From Syntrophobacterales bacterium GWC2_56_13 (GTDB lineage: Bacteria > Desulfobacterota > Syntrophia > Syntrophales > UBA5619), in assembly GCA_001830835.1 (NCBI GenBank), contig MICJ01000069.1:1-41733 (forward strand): a DNA stretch of 41,733 nt, in the 5' to 3' direction. The notes under the pieces are model-generated. The model did no database searches, was not told the DNA's origin, and saw only the letters and a list, made by a program, of their open reading frames with translations. The first letter of the stretch is position 1, and each line of letters begins with the position of its first letter. Below are positions 22,179 through 32,314 of this stretch, piece after piece. Made by a program: the position numbers and the translations under genes.

Positions 22179-25100
22179 CTACTCCTCTTCGATCATCTCC
22201 ACGTCCAAGCAAAGGCTCTGCAACTCCTTCACCAGGACATTGAAGGATTCTGGCAGGCCCGGTTCCGAAGTGTGCTCGCCTTTGACGATGGCTTCATAGA
22301 TCCTCGTCCTGCCATACACGTCATCGGATTTGACGGTCAGGAACTCCTGCAGCGAGTAAGCGGCGCCGTATGCCTCCATGGCCCAGACTTCCATCTCGCC
22401 CAGCCTCTGTCCCCCGAACTGGGCCTTGCCACCTAAAGGCTGCTGGGTCACCAGGGAATAGGGACCGATGGACCGGGCATGAATCTTGTTGTCGACAAGG
22501 TGGTGGAGTTTCAGCATATAGATCATGCCTACGGTGATTTCCTGATCGAAGGGTACCCCGGTCCGTCCGTCAAACAGTGTGGTCTGACCGGTCTCCGGGA
22601 GACCGCTGACCTTGAGCATGTTCTTGATCTCTTTTTCATCGGCGCCGTCAAAAACAGGCGTCTCGACCAAAATACCCCTTTTCAGCCGGCTGACGAACTG
22701 CCGTATCTCTTCCTCGCTGGCGCCGTCGATGAACCGGTCAAACTCGGGAGAGGAATAGACTTCCTTCAGCTCCTTTTTCAGGGGCCCCAACCCGTAATGC
22801 TTTTCCGCAAAGGCGTTGATCTTGTCCCCCATGCCTCTCGCAGCCCAGCCCAGATGCGTCTCCAGAATCTGCCCTACATTCATCCGCGAGGGAACCCCAA
22901 GGGGATTCAGGACAATGTCCACCGGCGTACCATCCTTGAAATAGGGCATATCCTCCTCGGGAAGTATCCGGGAAAGCACGCCCTTGTTGCCGTGGCGGCC
23001 GGCCATTTTATCGCCGACAGAAAGTTTTCGTTTAATGGCGATGTAGACTTTAACCAGTTTGATCACCCCCGGGGGCAATTCGTCACCGGCCTTGAGCTTT
23101 TCGATCTTTCCCGCAAAATAGGCCTCCACGAACTCCTTTTTCCGGGAGAGATTCTCATACAGGATGCCGATTCTGGACTCCACTTCTTCCTCGCTGTCCA
23201 GGGCTATCTCCCGCCAGAGGTCAAAGGAGATCCTTGCCAGGACCTCATCGGTGATGATTTCACCCTTCTTCAGGAGGATTCGTTTCTTCTTGGGATCGGA
23301 TACCTTGGAGGCCGACATCTTTCCAATCAGCATGCCAGCAATCTGCTTCCTGACACCCTCGGCAATGATCCGGATCTCGTCATCCCTGTCCTTGTACAGG
23401 AACGAAACGGCTTCGTCCTCGATATACTGGGAACGACTGTCGCGCTCTGTCCCTTTCCGGGCAAAGATCTTGGCGTCGATGATCGTACCTTCCACGCCGG
23501 GCGGAACACGCAGGGACGTATCGCGGACATCACTGGCCTTTTCCCCGAAGATCGCCCGCAGAAGTTTCTCTTCGGACGAGAGCTGCGTTTCCCCTTTGGG
23601 GGTTATCTTTCCGACCAGGATGTCTCCGGGCTTCACCGCCACGCCCATACGGACGATCCCGCTGTCGTCCAGGTTTCTCAGGGCCTCTTCGCCCAAATTC
23701 GGAATATCCCGGGTGATCTCTTCCTTGCCGAGCTTGGTGTCCCGGGCCATGGTTTCGAATTCCTCGATATGGATCGAGGTATAGATATCATCCTTGACGA
23801 TCCTCTCGCTGACCAGGATGGAATCTTCGTAGTTGTAGCCTCCCCAGGACATGAAGGCAACCATCACGTTTCTTCCCAGGGCCAGTTCCCCCCTGTCCGT
23901 GGCGGGTCCGTCCGCGATGATCTCTCCCTTATTGACCTTCTGTTCTTTGCTCACAATGGGCTTCTGATTGAAACAGGTATCCTGGTTGGACCGCTGATAC
24001 TTGATCAGGTTATAGATATCCACTCCTGTATCGAGCCCTTCCCTTTCGGGAGCATCGCATTTGACAACGATCCGCGCGGCATCCACGCTTTCCACCACGC
24101 CGGACCGTCTAGCGACAACGACCGCGCCGGAGTCTCTCGCCACAACGGATTCCATTCCCGTGCCCACCAAGGGCGCCTCGGGTTTCATCAGGGGCACCGC
24201 CTGCCTCTGCATGTTGGATCCCATCAGGGCACGGTTGGCATCGTCATGTTCGAGAAACGGGATCAGGGTCGCCGCCACGCTGACCAGCTGATTGGGGGAG
24301 ACATCCATCATGTTGACCTCCGCCGGCACAACGGAGAGGAAATCGCCACCTTTCCTGGCCGAGATAAGCCCCCCGATAAATTTCCCGTTCTTATCCAAGG
24401 GTCTGTCGGCCTGGGCAATGATCAGGTTTTCTTCCTCTATGGCGGTCAGATAGCGGATCTCATCGAGCACCCTGCCCTGGTTCACGACGCGGTAAGGCGT
24501 TTCAATGAAACCGAAGGTATTGACTCTGGCAAAGGTGCTCAACGATACGATCAGGCCGATATTGGGGCCTTCCGGGGTTTCTACCGGACAGATGCGGCCG
24601 TAATGGGTGGGATGCACGTCACGCACCTCAAATCCCGCCCTTTCGCGCGTCAGGCCTCCCGGCCCGAGAGCCGACAATCTTCGTTTATGCGTGATCTCAG
24701 ACAGGGGATTGGTCTGATCCATGAATCGAGATAGCTGGCTGCTGCCGAAAAACTCATTCACAACGGCCGAGACCGGCTTGGCGTTGATGAGATCGTGCGG
24801 CATCATGGTTTCAATGTCCTGCAGGCTCATCTTCTCCTTGATGGCACGCTCCATACGGACCAGGCCGATCCGGTACTGGTTTTCGATCAGCTCCCCAACC
24901 GAACGGACACGGCGGTTCCCCAAATGGTCGATGTCGTCCACGCTGCAATCACTCGAGCCGTTCTTCAGGTCGATCAGATACTTAACAGACGCCAGGATAT
25001 CCTCGTTGCGCAACACGGTCACGCTTGTTGGAACATCCAGATGGAGTTTGTAATTCATCTTCGCCCGCCCCACATCGGATAGATCATAGCTATCCGGCTC

Positions 25101-26267
25101 AAAAAAGAGGCTGGCAAAGAATTTCTGGGCCGTCTCCGGCGTGGGGGGGTTGCTCGGCCTGAGCCTGCGATAGATCTCGATAATGGCATCCGCCGCCGTC
25201 TCTATCCGATCCATGAGGAGCGTATCCCGAATGGAGGCGTTCTCGCGATCTTCATCAAGCCGGATGAACTGAAACGAGGCGATTCCCTTCTCCCGCAAGA
25301 GCTGCAGCCCCTCCGCGGTCAATTCTTCATTGCACTTCATCAGGATCTCGCCGGTCTGCGGATCCAGAACATCGGCAGAGAGTATCCTGCCGATGATATC
25401 CTCATCGCTTATCGGTATCCTGGTGATCGAGGACTCCGCTATTTTCTTCAGGTGGGGTTTGGAGATCTTTCTCCCCTTCTTGACGACGACATCTCCCCCT
25501 TTCGTTACGACATCTGCAGGGGCCTTTTCCCCGATGAGGGAATCAGTGACGGATATGTAGAGACAGTCGTCATCCAGCAGGATCTGTTCGATATCGTAAA
25601 AATAGCTTAGGATGAATTGCGTCGAGTTCCCCATTGCCTTCAGCAGGATCGTCACCGGCATCTTCCGCCGGCGATCGATCCTGACATAGAGAAGGTCCTT
25701 GGAATCGAACTCTAGATCAAGCCAGGACCCGCGGATCGGGATGATCCGGGCCGAATAGATCAGCTTTCCGCTTGCCAGGGTTTTCCCCTTGTCATGGTCG
25801 AAAAAGATGCCCGGTGAACGGTGCAACTGGCTGACGATCACCCTCTCCGTACCGTTGACGATGAAGGTGCCGTTCTCGGTCATCAGGGGGATTTCCCCAA
25901 AGTAGATTTCCTGTTCCTTAATGTCCCGGATGGGTTTCGGTTTCGTATTCCGATCGGTATCAAAAACGACCAGGCGGACCACGATCTTCAGCGGCGCCGC
26001 ATAGGTCATCCCCTTCTGGATGCACTCCTGCATATCATAGCGGACATCGCCGATCCTGTAACTGACGAACTCGAGGGAACATTTTCCACTGAAATCGAAA
26101 ATGGGAAAGACGCTGTTGAAAGCGCCCAGCAGACCATAGTTCCCCCTCTTATCCGGAGCGATCTCCTGCTGAAGAAATTTCCGATAGGAATCGGTCTGGA
26201 TATCGATCAGGTCGGGGATATCCAATATCTTCCTGATACGACCAAAATTCTTTCTAAACTCGCCCAT
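22179..26267 (-). CDS. rpoB: RNA polymerase beta subunit
   Basis: [32 protein letters not shown]. Confidence 0.99.
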   Translation of the reverse strand: MGEFRKNFGRIRKILDIPDLIDIQTDSYRKFLQQEIAPDKRGNYGLLGAFNSVFPIFDFSGKCSLEFVSYRIGDVRYDMQECIQKGMTYAAPLKIVVRLVVFDTDRNTKPKPIRDIKEQEIYFGEIPLMTENGTFIVNGTERVIVSQLHRSPGIFFDHDKGKTLASGKLIYSARIIPIRGSWLDLEFDSKDLLYVRIDRRRKMPVTILLKAMGNSTQFILSYFYDIEQILLDDDCLYISVTDSLIGEKAPADVVTKGGDVVVKKGRKISKPHLKKIAESSITRIPISDEDIIGRILSADVLDPQTGEILMKCNEELTAEGLQLLREKGIASFQFIRLDEDRENASIRDTLLMDRIETAADAIIEIYRRLRPSNPPTPETAQKFFASLFFEPDSYDLSDVGRAKMNYKLHLDVPTSVTVLRNEDILASVKYLIDLKNGSSDCSVDDIDHLGNRRVRSVGELIENQYRIGLVRMERAIKEKMSLQDIETMMPHDLINAKPVSAVVNEFFGSSQLSRFMDQTNPLSEITHKRRLSALGPGGLTRERAGFEVRDVHPTHYGRICPVETPEGPNIGLIVSLSTFARVNTFGFIETPYRVVNQGRVLDEIRYLTAIEEENLIIAQADRPLDKNGKFIGGLISARKGGDFLSVVPAEVNMMDVSPNQLVSVAATLIPFLEHDDANRALMGSNMQRQAVPLMKPEAPLVGTGMESVVARDSGAVVVARRSGVVESVDAARIVVKCDAPEREGLDTGVDIYNLIKYQRSNQDTCFNQKPIVSKEQKVNKGEIIADGPATDRGELALGRNVMVAFMSWGGYNYEDSILVSERIVKDDIYTSIHIEEFETMARDTKLGKEEITRDIPNLGEEALRNLDDSGIVRMGVAVKPGDILVGKITPKGETQLSSEEKLLRAIFGEKASDVRDTSLRVPPGVEGTIIDAKIFARKGTERDSRSQYIEDEAVSFLYKDRDDEIRIIAEGVRKQIAGMLIGKMSASKVSDPKKKRILLKKGEIITDEVLARISFDLWREIALDSEEEVESRIGILYENLSRKKEFVEAYFAGKIEKLKAGDELPPGVIKLVKVYIAIKRKLSVGDKMAGRHGNKGVLSRILPEEDMPYFKDGTPVDIVLNPLGVPSRMNVGQILETHLGWAARGMGDKINAFAEKHYGLGPLKKELKEVYSSPEFDRFIDGASEEEIRQFVSRLKRGILVETPVFDGADEKEIKNMLKVSGLPETGQTTLFDGRTGVPFDQEITVGMIYMLKLHHLVDNKIHARSIGPYSLVTQQPLGGKAQFGGQRLGEMEVWAMEAYGAAYSLQEFLTVKSDDVYGRTRIYEAIVKGEHTSEPGLPESFNVLVKELQSLCLDVEMIEEE

Positions 26268-26325
26268 AGCATCCTTTCGGCTTTAAACTGGCAGCGATTT
26301 GTAGTTTTTACCAATACAAACGAGC

Positions 26326-26393
26326 AAAAAGAACCCCATTCAACCTGTCTTTCTGCAATGCGGTGCAGCCAACCTGTTGTTTATCGGGGTTCT
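26326..26393 (-). terminator. putative attenuator/terminator between rplL and rpoB
   Basis: minus strand AGAACCCC...GGGGTTCT then T-run; large loop with inner CTGCA/TGCAG hairpin; position matches the E. coli rplL-rpoB attenuator. Confidence 0.45.
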
Positions 26394-26423
26394 GATCCTT
26401 GCCGTTCTCTTTTGATCGTCTAT

Positions 26424-26810
26424 TTATTTTATCTCAACCGTGCCGCCGACCTCTTCGATCTTCTTCTTGATATCGGCTGCCTCGTCCTTGGAAACTCCCT
26501 CTTTAATCGGTTTGGGAACTCCGTCCACCATGTCCTTGGCCTCCTTAAGTCCCAGCCCCGTGATCGCCCTGACCACCTTGATCACCTGGATCTTCTGATC
26601 GCCGAATCCCGTAAGGATCGCATCAAACTCGGTCTTTTCCTCGACCGGCGCCGCCTGTACCGACCCCGCGGCAGCGGCAGCCACGGCAACCGGCGCCGCA
26701 GCAGTCACGCCAAATCTCTGCTCCAGCTCCTTCACCAGTTCCGAAAGTTCAAGAACAGTCATCCCTTCAATGAATTTTACAACATCCTCTTTGGTCATCT
26801 CGTTTGCCAT
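26424..26810 (-). CDS. rplL: 50S ribosomal protein L7/L12
   Basis: [24 protein letters not shown]. Confidence 0.99.
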   Translation of the reverse strand: MANEMTKEDVVKFIEGMTVLELSELVKELEQRFGVTAAAPVAVAAAAAGSVQAAPVEEKTEFDAILTGFGDQKIQVIKVVRAITGLGLKEAKDMVDGVPKPIKEGVSKDEAADIKKKIEEVGGTVEIK

Positions 26811-26837
26811 TTTTCTATTCCTTCCTGTATATAATTT

Positions 26838-27362
26838 TTAGTTTGCTGACGCCTTTTTCTCTCGATAGGCATCGAGTACCCCCACAAGATTCCTCGGGAC
26901 ACCGCTCAACACATTCACGAGAGATGCCTGCACCCCGACCATCAGGGAAAGCAACTGCCCGATCAGCACCTCTCGACTCGGCAACTCTGCGAGTATCGAG
27001 AGCTGTTCCCTGCTGAGGAATTTACCATTCATCATGGCTGCCTTGATCTCAAGATTGGCATTCTTTTTGGCAAAATCAACGAGCGCCTTGGTGGTTTCGA
27101 CCACGTTACCCCGCGTAATGGCCACTGCCAGGGGGCCCCGGAAATATTCTTCCAGCGCGCTAAAATCGGTTTCACGGGACGCGATGGTCAGCAGAGTATT
27201 TTTCACGACCCTCAGTTCCGTGTTTGATTTGCGCAGGGCAACCCTCAGCGCCGTCATCTTCGCCACGTCCATTCCGATGTATCCGGTCAGAACGGCCAAC
27301 TTGAAATCTTTCAGTTTTTCATGGAGTTCAGCAGCAACCTGCTCCTTTGTTCTCCGATCCAA
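26838..27362 (-). CDS. rplJ: 50S ribosomal protein L10
   Basis: TTG start, SD AAGGAGG; VVKNTL, LPSRE. Confidence 0.98.
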   Translation of the reverse strand: MDRRTKEQVAAELHEKLKDFKLAVLTGYIGMDVAKMTALRVALRKSNTELRVVKNTLLTIASRETDFSALEEYFRGPLAVAITRGNVVETTKALVDFAKKNANLEIKAAMMNGKFLSREQLSILAELPSREVLIGQLLSLMVGVQASLVNVLSGVPRNLVGVLDAYREKKASAN

Positions 27363-27479
27363 TCCTCAACCTCCTTTCCTCATCTGATCCGTTTCGGGCG
27401 CCTTCCGAAAGAAAGCCCCATTGAAAGTCAGAGAACAGAGCATCATACAGGATGATTTCGATGACCTGAAAGGCCACAT

Positions 27480-27542
27480 CTCAGTCTCGGCAGGCCGACC
27501 ACTTTCGTTTAAACTCCCTGTACCTGCTGTCTCAGACCCCTT
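27480..27542 (-). promoter_or_regulatory. L10 leader (autogenous control RNA), core
   Basis: GTCTGAGACAGCAGGT...TTTAAA...CCTGCCGAGAC upstream of rplJ resembles the GAAGAC-GYAGG..CCTRCYGAG L10-leader pattern. Confidence 0.75.
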
Positions 27543-27578
27543 TTTTATTATCTAACCGGCCACCCGAGGCCGGAAAAG

Positions 27579-28277
27579 CTAAACGCTCCGCACGGAGAGA
27601 GGATCCACCTTCATCCCGGGACCCATGACGGACGAAAGCGCAATGCTCCTGATATAAATGCCTTTGCTCGACGCGGGTTTCAATTTGGTGATCATTTCCA
27701 GCAAGGCGAGAAAATTGATCGTCAATTTTTCCGCCCCGAATGAAATCTTGCCGATGGGGCAATGCACAATGCCCGCTTTTTCCACACGGAATTCGACCTT
27801 GCCGGCTTTAAGCTCCTGAACGGTCCTGGCCACATCGAAGGTCACTGTTCCCACCTTCGGGTTCGGCATTAGTCCGCGGGGACCGAGGATCTTCCCCAGC
27901 TTACCCACGCTTCCCATCATATCCGGCGTGGCGATCACCCGGTCAAATTCAAGCCAGCCGCCCTTGATCTTCTCGATCACCTCGTCCGACCCGACCACAT
28001 CGGCGCCGGCTTCCAGGGCCTCCTTCTCCTTCTCGCCCTTGGCAAAAACGAGCACCCGGACCGATTTTCCCAGCCCATTGGGCAGAACCACGGAGCCGCG
28101 CACCATCTGGTCCGCATGCGCCGGATTCACGCCGAGCCGGATGGCGGTATCGACCGTTTCATCGAATTTCGCCCTCGCGGTCCCGACGACCAGTTCCATC
28201 GCCTCCTGGATGGTATAGCGTTTCGCCGTTTCTACCCTTTTCCTTGCTTCTAAGTATTTCTTCCCTCTCTTTGACAT
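27579..28277 (-). CDS. rplA: 50S ribosomal protein L1
   Basis: [23 protein letters not shown]. Confidence 0.99.
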   Translation of the reverse strand: MSKRGKKYLEARKRVETAKRYTIQEAMELVVGTARAKFDETVDTAIRLGVNPAHADQMVRGSVVLPNGLGKSVRVLVFAKGEKEKEALEAGADVVGSDEVIEKIKGGWLEFDRVIATPDMMGSVGKLGKILGPRGLMPNPKVGTVTFDVARTVQELKAGKVEFRVEKAGIVHCPIGKISFGAEKLTINFLALLEMITKLKPASSKGIYIRSIALSSVMGPGMKVDPLSVRSV

Positions 28278-28389
28278 GACAAACCCTCAAATGGAAGCCA
28301 ACCCCCGGGGACCGGGCTTCCCCGAAATGATCACGTTAAGACACCCGCCAACCCATAACCCGGTGTTCTGCCGGAATCGCCCCGGGGCA

Positions 28390-28815
28390 TCATCCCGTGA
28401 TTTCAATCCCCATGGATCTCGCCGTTCCCGCAACGATCCTGATTGCACCCTCAACATCCACAGCATTGAGGTCATTGTACTTCAGTTCCGCAATTTCCTT
28501 GACCTGCTTGACCGTCACAGTCCCCACCTTATCGCGCTTGGGATCTCCTGCACCTTTGGCGATCTTTGCGGCCTGCTTCAACAGTACGGAAGCCGGGGGA
28601 GTTTTGGTCACGAATGTAAACGACCTGTCAGCGTAAACCGTGATGACGACCGGGATGACCATCCCCTCCTGGTTCTGCGTCATGGCGTTGTAGGCTTTGC
28701 AGAACTCCATGATGTTCACGCCGTGCTGACCGAGAGCAGGTCCGATCGGCGGTGAAGGGGTGGCCTTACCCGCTTTGATCTGAAGTTTTATATTTGCAAT
28801 AACTTTTTTTGCCAT
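28390..28815 (-). CDS. rplK: 50S ribosomal protein L11
   Basis: ATG at 28815; [20 protein letters not shown]. Confidence 0.99.
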   Translation of the reverse strand: MAKKVIANIKLQIKAGKATPSPPIGPALGQHGVNIMEFCKAYNAMTQNQEGMVIPVVITVYADRSFTFVTKTPPASVLLKQAAKIAKGAGDPKRDKVGTVTVKQVKEIAELKYNDLNAVDVEGAIRIVAGTARSMGIEITG

Positions 28816-28899
28816 TCTGATCACCCTGTCTGAAATTTTGGTTGAAGATCAAGGATAAGGGGAAAATGCTTCCTCCTCGACCAGGCGCCTTATTCCCTA

Positions 28900-29430
28900 T
28901 CAATTCTGCATAACCTGAATGAAATCCAACTCCACCGGCGTCGATCGGCCGAAGATGCTGACAATCACCCGCAGCTTCCCCTTCTCCGGCTTCACCTCAT
29001 CGATGATCCCGTCAAAATTGGTAAAGGGGCCATCAATGATCCGCACGTGATCACCCACATCGAATTTGAACTTCGGTTTGGGTTTCAGCGTCCCTTCATC
29101 GATCCTGGTTCTGAGGACATCAACATCCTTGTCGGGAATCGGCGAAGGCTTGTCCTTGCTGCCGATGAAACCGGTCACCTTGGGCGTATCCTTCACGATG
29201 TGCCAGGTGTCGTCGTCCAGCTCCATCCGGACAAGGATATAGCCGGGAAAGAATTTCCGCTTTGAGGTCTTTTTCTCGCCTGAGACCAGTTCGACAATGT
29301 CCTCTTCGGGTATCAATATATCCGAGAAAAAGGCCTGCTTCCCCGCCGTTTCGATCCTCTCTTGGAGCGAAAGCTTCACCCGGTTTTCAAAACCCGAATA
29401 CGTATGGACGACGTACCACCTGAAAGCCAT
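28900..29430 (-). CDS. nusG: transcription factor NusG
   Basis: ATG at 29430; [27 protein letters not shown]. Confidence 0.99.
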   Translation of the reverse strand: MAFRWYVVHTYSGFENRVKLSLQERIETAGKQAFFSDILIPEEDIVELVSGEKKTSKRKFFPGYILVRMELDDDTWHIVKDTPKVTGFIGSKDKPSPIPDKDVDVLRTRIDEGTLKPKPKFKFDVGDHVRIIDGPFTNFDGIIDEVKPEKGKLRVIVSIFGRSTPVELDFIQVMQN

Positions 29431-29434
29431 GTCG

Positions 29435-29638
29435 TTAACCCAGTACAAGCTTGACGATCTTCGTCAGCCCGAAGTCAACAATCCCCAGGAATACGGACAC
29501 AATGATCACCACAATGATGACGACCGATGTAGAGGCAAGGGTCTGCTTGGGCGTCGGCCATGTCACTTTTTTCAGTTCCACTTTCGAGCCCGCCAGAAAC
29601 TGCCTCACCTTTTCTGCAATAACCTTTATCCTGTCCAC
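29435..29638 (-). CDS. secE: preprotein translocase SecE
   Basis: GTG at 29638; ELKKVTWP plus one TM helix; upstream of nusG. Confidence 0.95.
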   Translation of the reverse strand: MDRIKVIAEKVRQFLAGSKVELKKVTWPTPKQTLASTSVVIIVVIIVSVFLGIVDFGLTKIVKLVLG

Positions 29639-29665
29639 CCTGAAATCCCTGATCACCCCGCACCT

Positions 29666-29807
29666 GAAGACTTCGTAAAAAGCCTTTAGTCTCCTGTCCG
29701 CGCTACGCATCATCCTTATCGACAGTTTCAGGGCAGGCGCCATGTCAGTCACGGTGAGCTTTTCGAACCATGCGCACCCTGCCTATGAAGCCTGTTCTGA
29801 AGACGTC
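29666..29807. mobile_element. degenerate MITE/REP-like element between tRNA-Trp and secE
   Basis: Ends GAAGACTTCGTAAAAAGCC and AGCCTGTTCTGAAGACGTC (12/19 inverted match); internal inverted segments GGGCAGG/CCTGCCT and TCGACAGTTTCA/TGAGCTTTTCGA. Confidence 0.5.
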
Positions 29808-29867
29808 CCCGATTCGGGACATTCCGGCTTCCTGCGAGAGCCGCACATCCCGTACAGATCTCAAAAA

Positions 29868-29944
29868 TGGCAGGCCAGGAGGGACTCGAACCCCCAGCAT
29901 CCGGATTTGGAGTCCGGCGCTCTAGCCATTAGAGCTACTGGCCT
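29868..29944 (-). tRNA. tRNA-Trp (CCA)
   Basis: anticodon arm CCGGA-CTCCAAA-TCCGG, GTTCGAG T-loop, CCA end. Confidence 0.97.
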
Positions 29945-29975
29945 GTCCGGTCGATCACAGCAGCACCTCTCGCGA

Positions 29976-30125
29976 TTACTTCGTTTCCCGGTGCAACTTA
30001 TGGGATCTGCAGAACTTGCAGTATTTTTTCATCTCCAGCCGATTCTGCATGGTTCTTTTATTCTTAGTCGTCGTGTAGTTCCTCTGCTTGCAGTCCGTAC
30101 AGGCCAAGGTTATGATATTTCTCAT
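29976..30125 (-). CDS. rpmG: 50S ribosomal protein L33 (Zn-binding; not in ORF track)
   Basis: [49 protein letters not shown]. Confidence 0.97.
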   Translation of the reverse strand: MRNIITLACTDCKQRNYTTTKNKRTMQNRLEMKKYCKFCRSHKLHRETK

Positions 30126-30149
30126 GACAAACCCACCTTCTTACATCAA

Positions 30150-30225
30150 TGGAGCCCACGACCAGGATTGAACTGGTGACCTCATCCTTACCAAGGATGT
30201 GCTCTACCGACTGAGCTACGTGGGC
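30150..30225 (-). tRNA. tRNA-Thr (GGT)
   Basis: CATCC-TTGGTAA-GGATG arm, CCA end. Confidence 0.97.
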
Positions 30226-30347
30226 CAGTTGCCTCTCCCAAAGCGCTGTCCTCTCGCTGCAATAAGGCCTGTATCGCCGCAGATGAGAAACGATCTCGAA
30301 CCGGTTGCGTATTGCCGGAGAATCTCACAGCTCCATGCCGAACAAAT

Positions 30348-30423
30348 TGGAGCGGGAAACGGGATTCGAACCCGCGACCCTCAGCTTGGAAGGCTGACGC
30401 TCTAGCCACTGAGCTACTCCCGC
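30348..30423 (-). tRNA. tRNA-Gly (TCC)
   Basis: TCAGC-CTTCCAA-GCTGA arm, GTTCGAAT, CCA end. Confidence 0.97.
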
Positions 30424-30481
30424 TTATTAAAGAGGAAGCCTTGCTGGTCTTCCTGCTTCCGGACGTCCAGCTACAGTAAAC

Positions 30482-30566
30482 TGGTGGAGGGGGGAGGGTT
30501 CGAACCTCCGTAGGCTTCGCCGGCAGATTTACAGTCTGCTCCCTTTGACCGCTCGGGAACCCCTCC
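30482..30566 (-). tRNA. tRNA-Tyr (GTA)
   Basis: GCAGA-CTGTAAA-TCTGC arm, long variable arm, CCA end. Confidence 0.97.
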
Positions 30567-30586
30567 ATATGACAGAAACTTCTTAC

Positions 30587-30662
30587 TGGAGCTGGCGATG
30601 GGACTTGAACCCGCAACCTGCTGATTACAAATCAGCTGCTCTACCGATTGAGCTACGCCAGC
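30587..30662 (-). tRNA. tRNA-Thr (TGT)
   Basis: GCTGA-TTTGTAA-TCAGC arm, CCA end. Confidence 0.97.
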
Positions 30663-30753
30663 AACTATAACAATTGAATATTACAAATAATTATCCAGAG
30701 ATACGCACCGTCGCCACCCCGGAAGGGAAAATCACTGACTACACAAAAAATGA

Positions 30754-30800
30754 ATGCTAAATTTTATATCTTGGTTTGTCAAGATATTTTTTAATTTTTT
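30754..30800 (-). promoter_or_regulatory. sigma70 promoter with UP element for the tRNA/supercluster transcript
   Basis: TTGACA (30782-30777)-17 nt-TAGCAT (30759-30754), with A-tracts upstream. Confidence 0.7.
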
Positions 30801-31003
30801 CCGGACGGCCAAGGGCATTCTCGGTCATCTTCACAGAAGATCTCGGCAGAAAAGATAAAACCCTCGTCCCCTTCTCCTGTCAAGCTTGAGGTAGAATGCA
30901 AGATTTATAACAGGTTTCTACCAGAAAGGTCAAGCGGTCCCAATGGTGTTCGGACGCCACCTGCGGCAGCAGCAGTCCCCGATGGAAACCTCTGACGGTA
31001 TAA

Positions 31004-31309
31004 AGAGTGTAAAATCTTTTGTGTGAATTCATAAGTGGTCATATTTGACCTTTTTCAACTTTCCCCCGGAAGAATGGATTTCGGTATGGACAACCAACAT
31101 CATTGAACGGCTCAACAAAGAGTTCCGACGTCGTACCAAGGTCATGGAGACCGTGGCCGGAAAGATCGCCTGTTATCGCATCCTGGCCTACATATCTTTG
31201 AAAATGGAGCTTCATTGGAGGTCAAACCCAGTAGGAAAAGTACGTAAGAACTTGCCTTTCTTCAAATAATTGGCCTATGAATATTTTACAAAAAAAAGTT
31301 GACAGCACC
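31004..31309 (+). mobile_element. internally deleted IS256-family element
   Basis: Imperfect inverted ends AGAGTGTAAAATCTTTTGTGTGAATTCATA and TATGAATATTTTACAAAAAAAAGTTGACAGCACC enclosing a transposase fragment. Confidence 0.7.
31045..31269 (+). pseudogene. IS256 (mutator) transposase C-terminal fragment
   Basis: FFNFP..W....TTNIIERLNKEFRRRTK signature; rest of the gene absent. Confidence 0.85.
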
Positions 31310-31327
31310 GGAGTATTTTACTATTAT
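31299..31327 (+). promoter_or_regulatory. hybrid sigma70 promoter (-35 inside the IS end)
   Basis: TTGACA (31299-31304)-17 nt-TATTAT (31322-31327). Confidence 0.6.
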
Positions 31328-31633
31328 TAACCCATAAATTAACGCTCATTGATTTTCTTGAATGAGAACATTACCGTATGAGCAACGAAAACGATATAAT
31401 GTTTTTGCTCCACGTTATTGATGAATATATCCACAGTATGTCAAAGATTTTTGCTTGAGCGATGCGATTGTGAAGGAAATTGAACGGAAAAGTTTAACGA
31501 GGTCCAACGGTAAATTTCAGCGCGAAATTAATCTCGTGGCCGAAAATATCTACGACGTTGGATATCCAGTTATGTGAGGCGTGGGATTCCTTCACGCATC
31601 TGCGATCTTGAACTCAAAATCGCTGCGTGAATT

Positions 31634-31662
31634 TTTACAAACACGTCATTTTTCGTTATAGT
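31634..31662 (+). promoter_or_regulatory. putative sigma70 promoter for the 31754 gene
   Basis: TTTACA-17 nt-TATAGT. Confidence 0.5.
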
Positions 31663-31753
31663 ACGAAAGAAAGGAGGTGTGGGAATTTTAATAAGCAAGC
31701 GAACTTGGGGGAGTCAATTAAATCAGGACATAAAAACTTAAACGGAGGAGAAA

Positions 31754-32155
31754 ATGAAAAAAATATTGGTACCGATGATTATCGGTTTAGTGTTTATGCT
31801 GGTACCGGTTTTCGCGATCGGCGCAACTCTTACCGGTTCGATTCAGGGGTTCAACTGCGTGACGCAGGGGAAAATTTGTCCCATTGGGATGGAAGATCCC
31901 GTGATTGCCGTGGAGAATGTGTTTGTGCTCCTTGTTGACGCCGCGAAGTCGGAGTATTATTTTGTTCCCAATGTGGACAGAGGAATCCTTGCCCGGCACA
32001 TCAACCAAACGGTTGCAATCACAGGGACGGTGAACTCGAAAATGAAATCCATCAAGGCATCAGAAATCTCTGTAGCGGGGAAAAAGGTATGGAGTGTTGA
32101 CTTGGAGGATGCTATTTACAAGGACATTATAGGAGTTCCGCCTGCAGCAAAATAA
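31754..32155 (+). CDS. secreted hypothetical protein, 133 aa
   Basis: SD GGAGG, signal peptide MKKILVPMIIGLVFMLVPVFAIG, C-x6-C pair, own terminator. Confidence 0.8.
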   Translation: MKKILVPMIIGLVFMLVPVFAIGATLTGSIQGFNCVTQGKICPIGMEDPVIAVENVFVLLVDAAKSEYYFVPNVDRGILARHINQTVAITGTVNSKMKSIKASEISVAGKKVWSVDLEDAIYKDIIGVPPAAK

Positions 32156-32174
32156 TTCTCACCCGGACGTATAC

Positions 32175-32203
32175 AACCCCCGGCGCACGCCGGGGGTTTT
32201 TTT
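32175..32203 (+). terminator. intrinsic terminator
   Basis: AACCCCCGGCG-CA-CGCCGGGGGTT stem followed by a T-run. Confidence 0.85.
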
Positions 32204-32314
32204 ATGAATCCCTGCCCCTGCACAAGGCTCCACTGCAGTGGTGAACGCGATGGATTCCGTTGCCGTACTTGTAAAGAAACCGAAAAATGGCCGGCCTTGA
32301 GAAGAAGCCGGACT

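Noticed and set aside
22479-24734. 751-aa plus-strand ORF and similar long ones (4582-6318, 18400-19758, 19825-21456, 15554-16528)
   Set aside because: Antisense shadows of rpoB, secY, rpoC and tuf; no recognisable domains
28845-28899. Weak period-7 traces in the nusG-rplK spacer (also 22150-22185, rpoB-rpoC)
   Set aside because: Too degenerate to separate from chance by eye
30188-30616. ORFs across the tRNA cluster
   Set aside because: They overlap four well-formed tRNA genes
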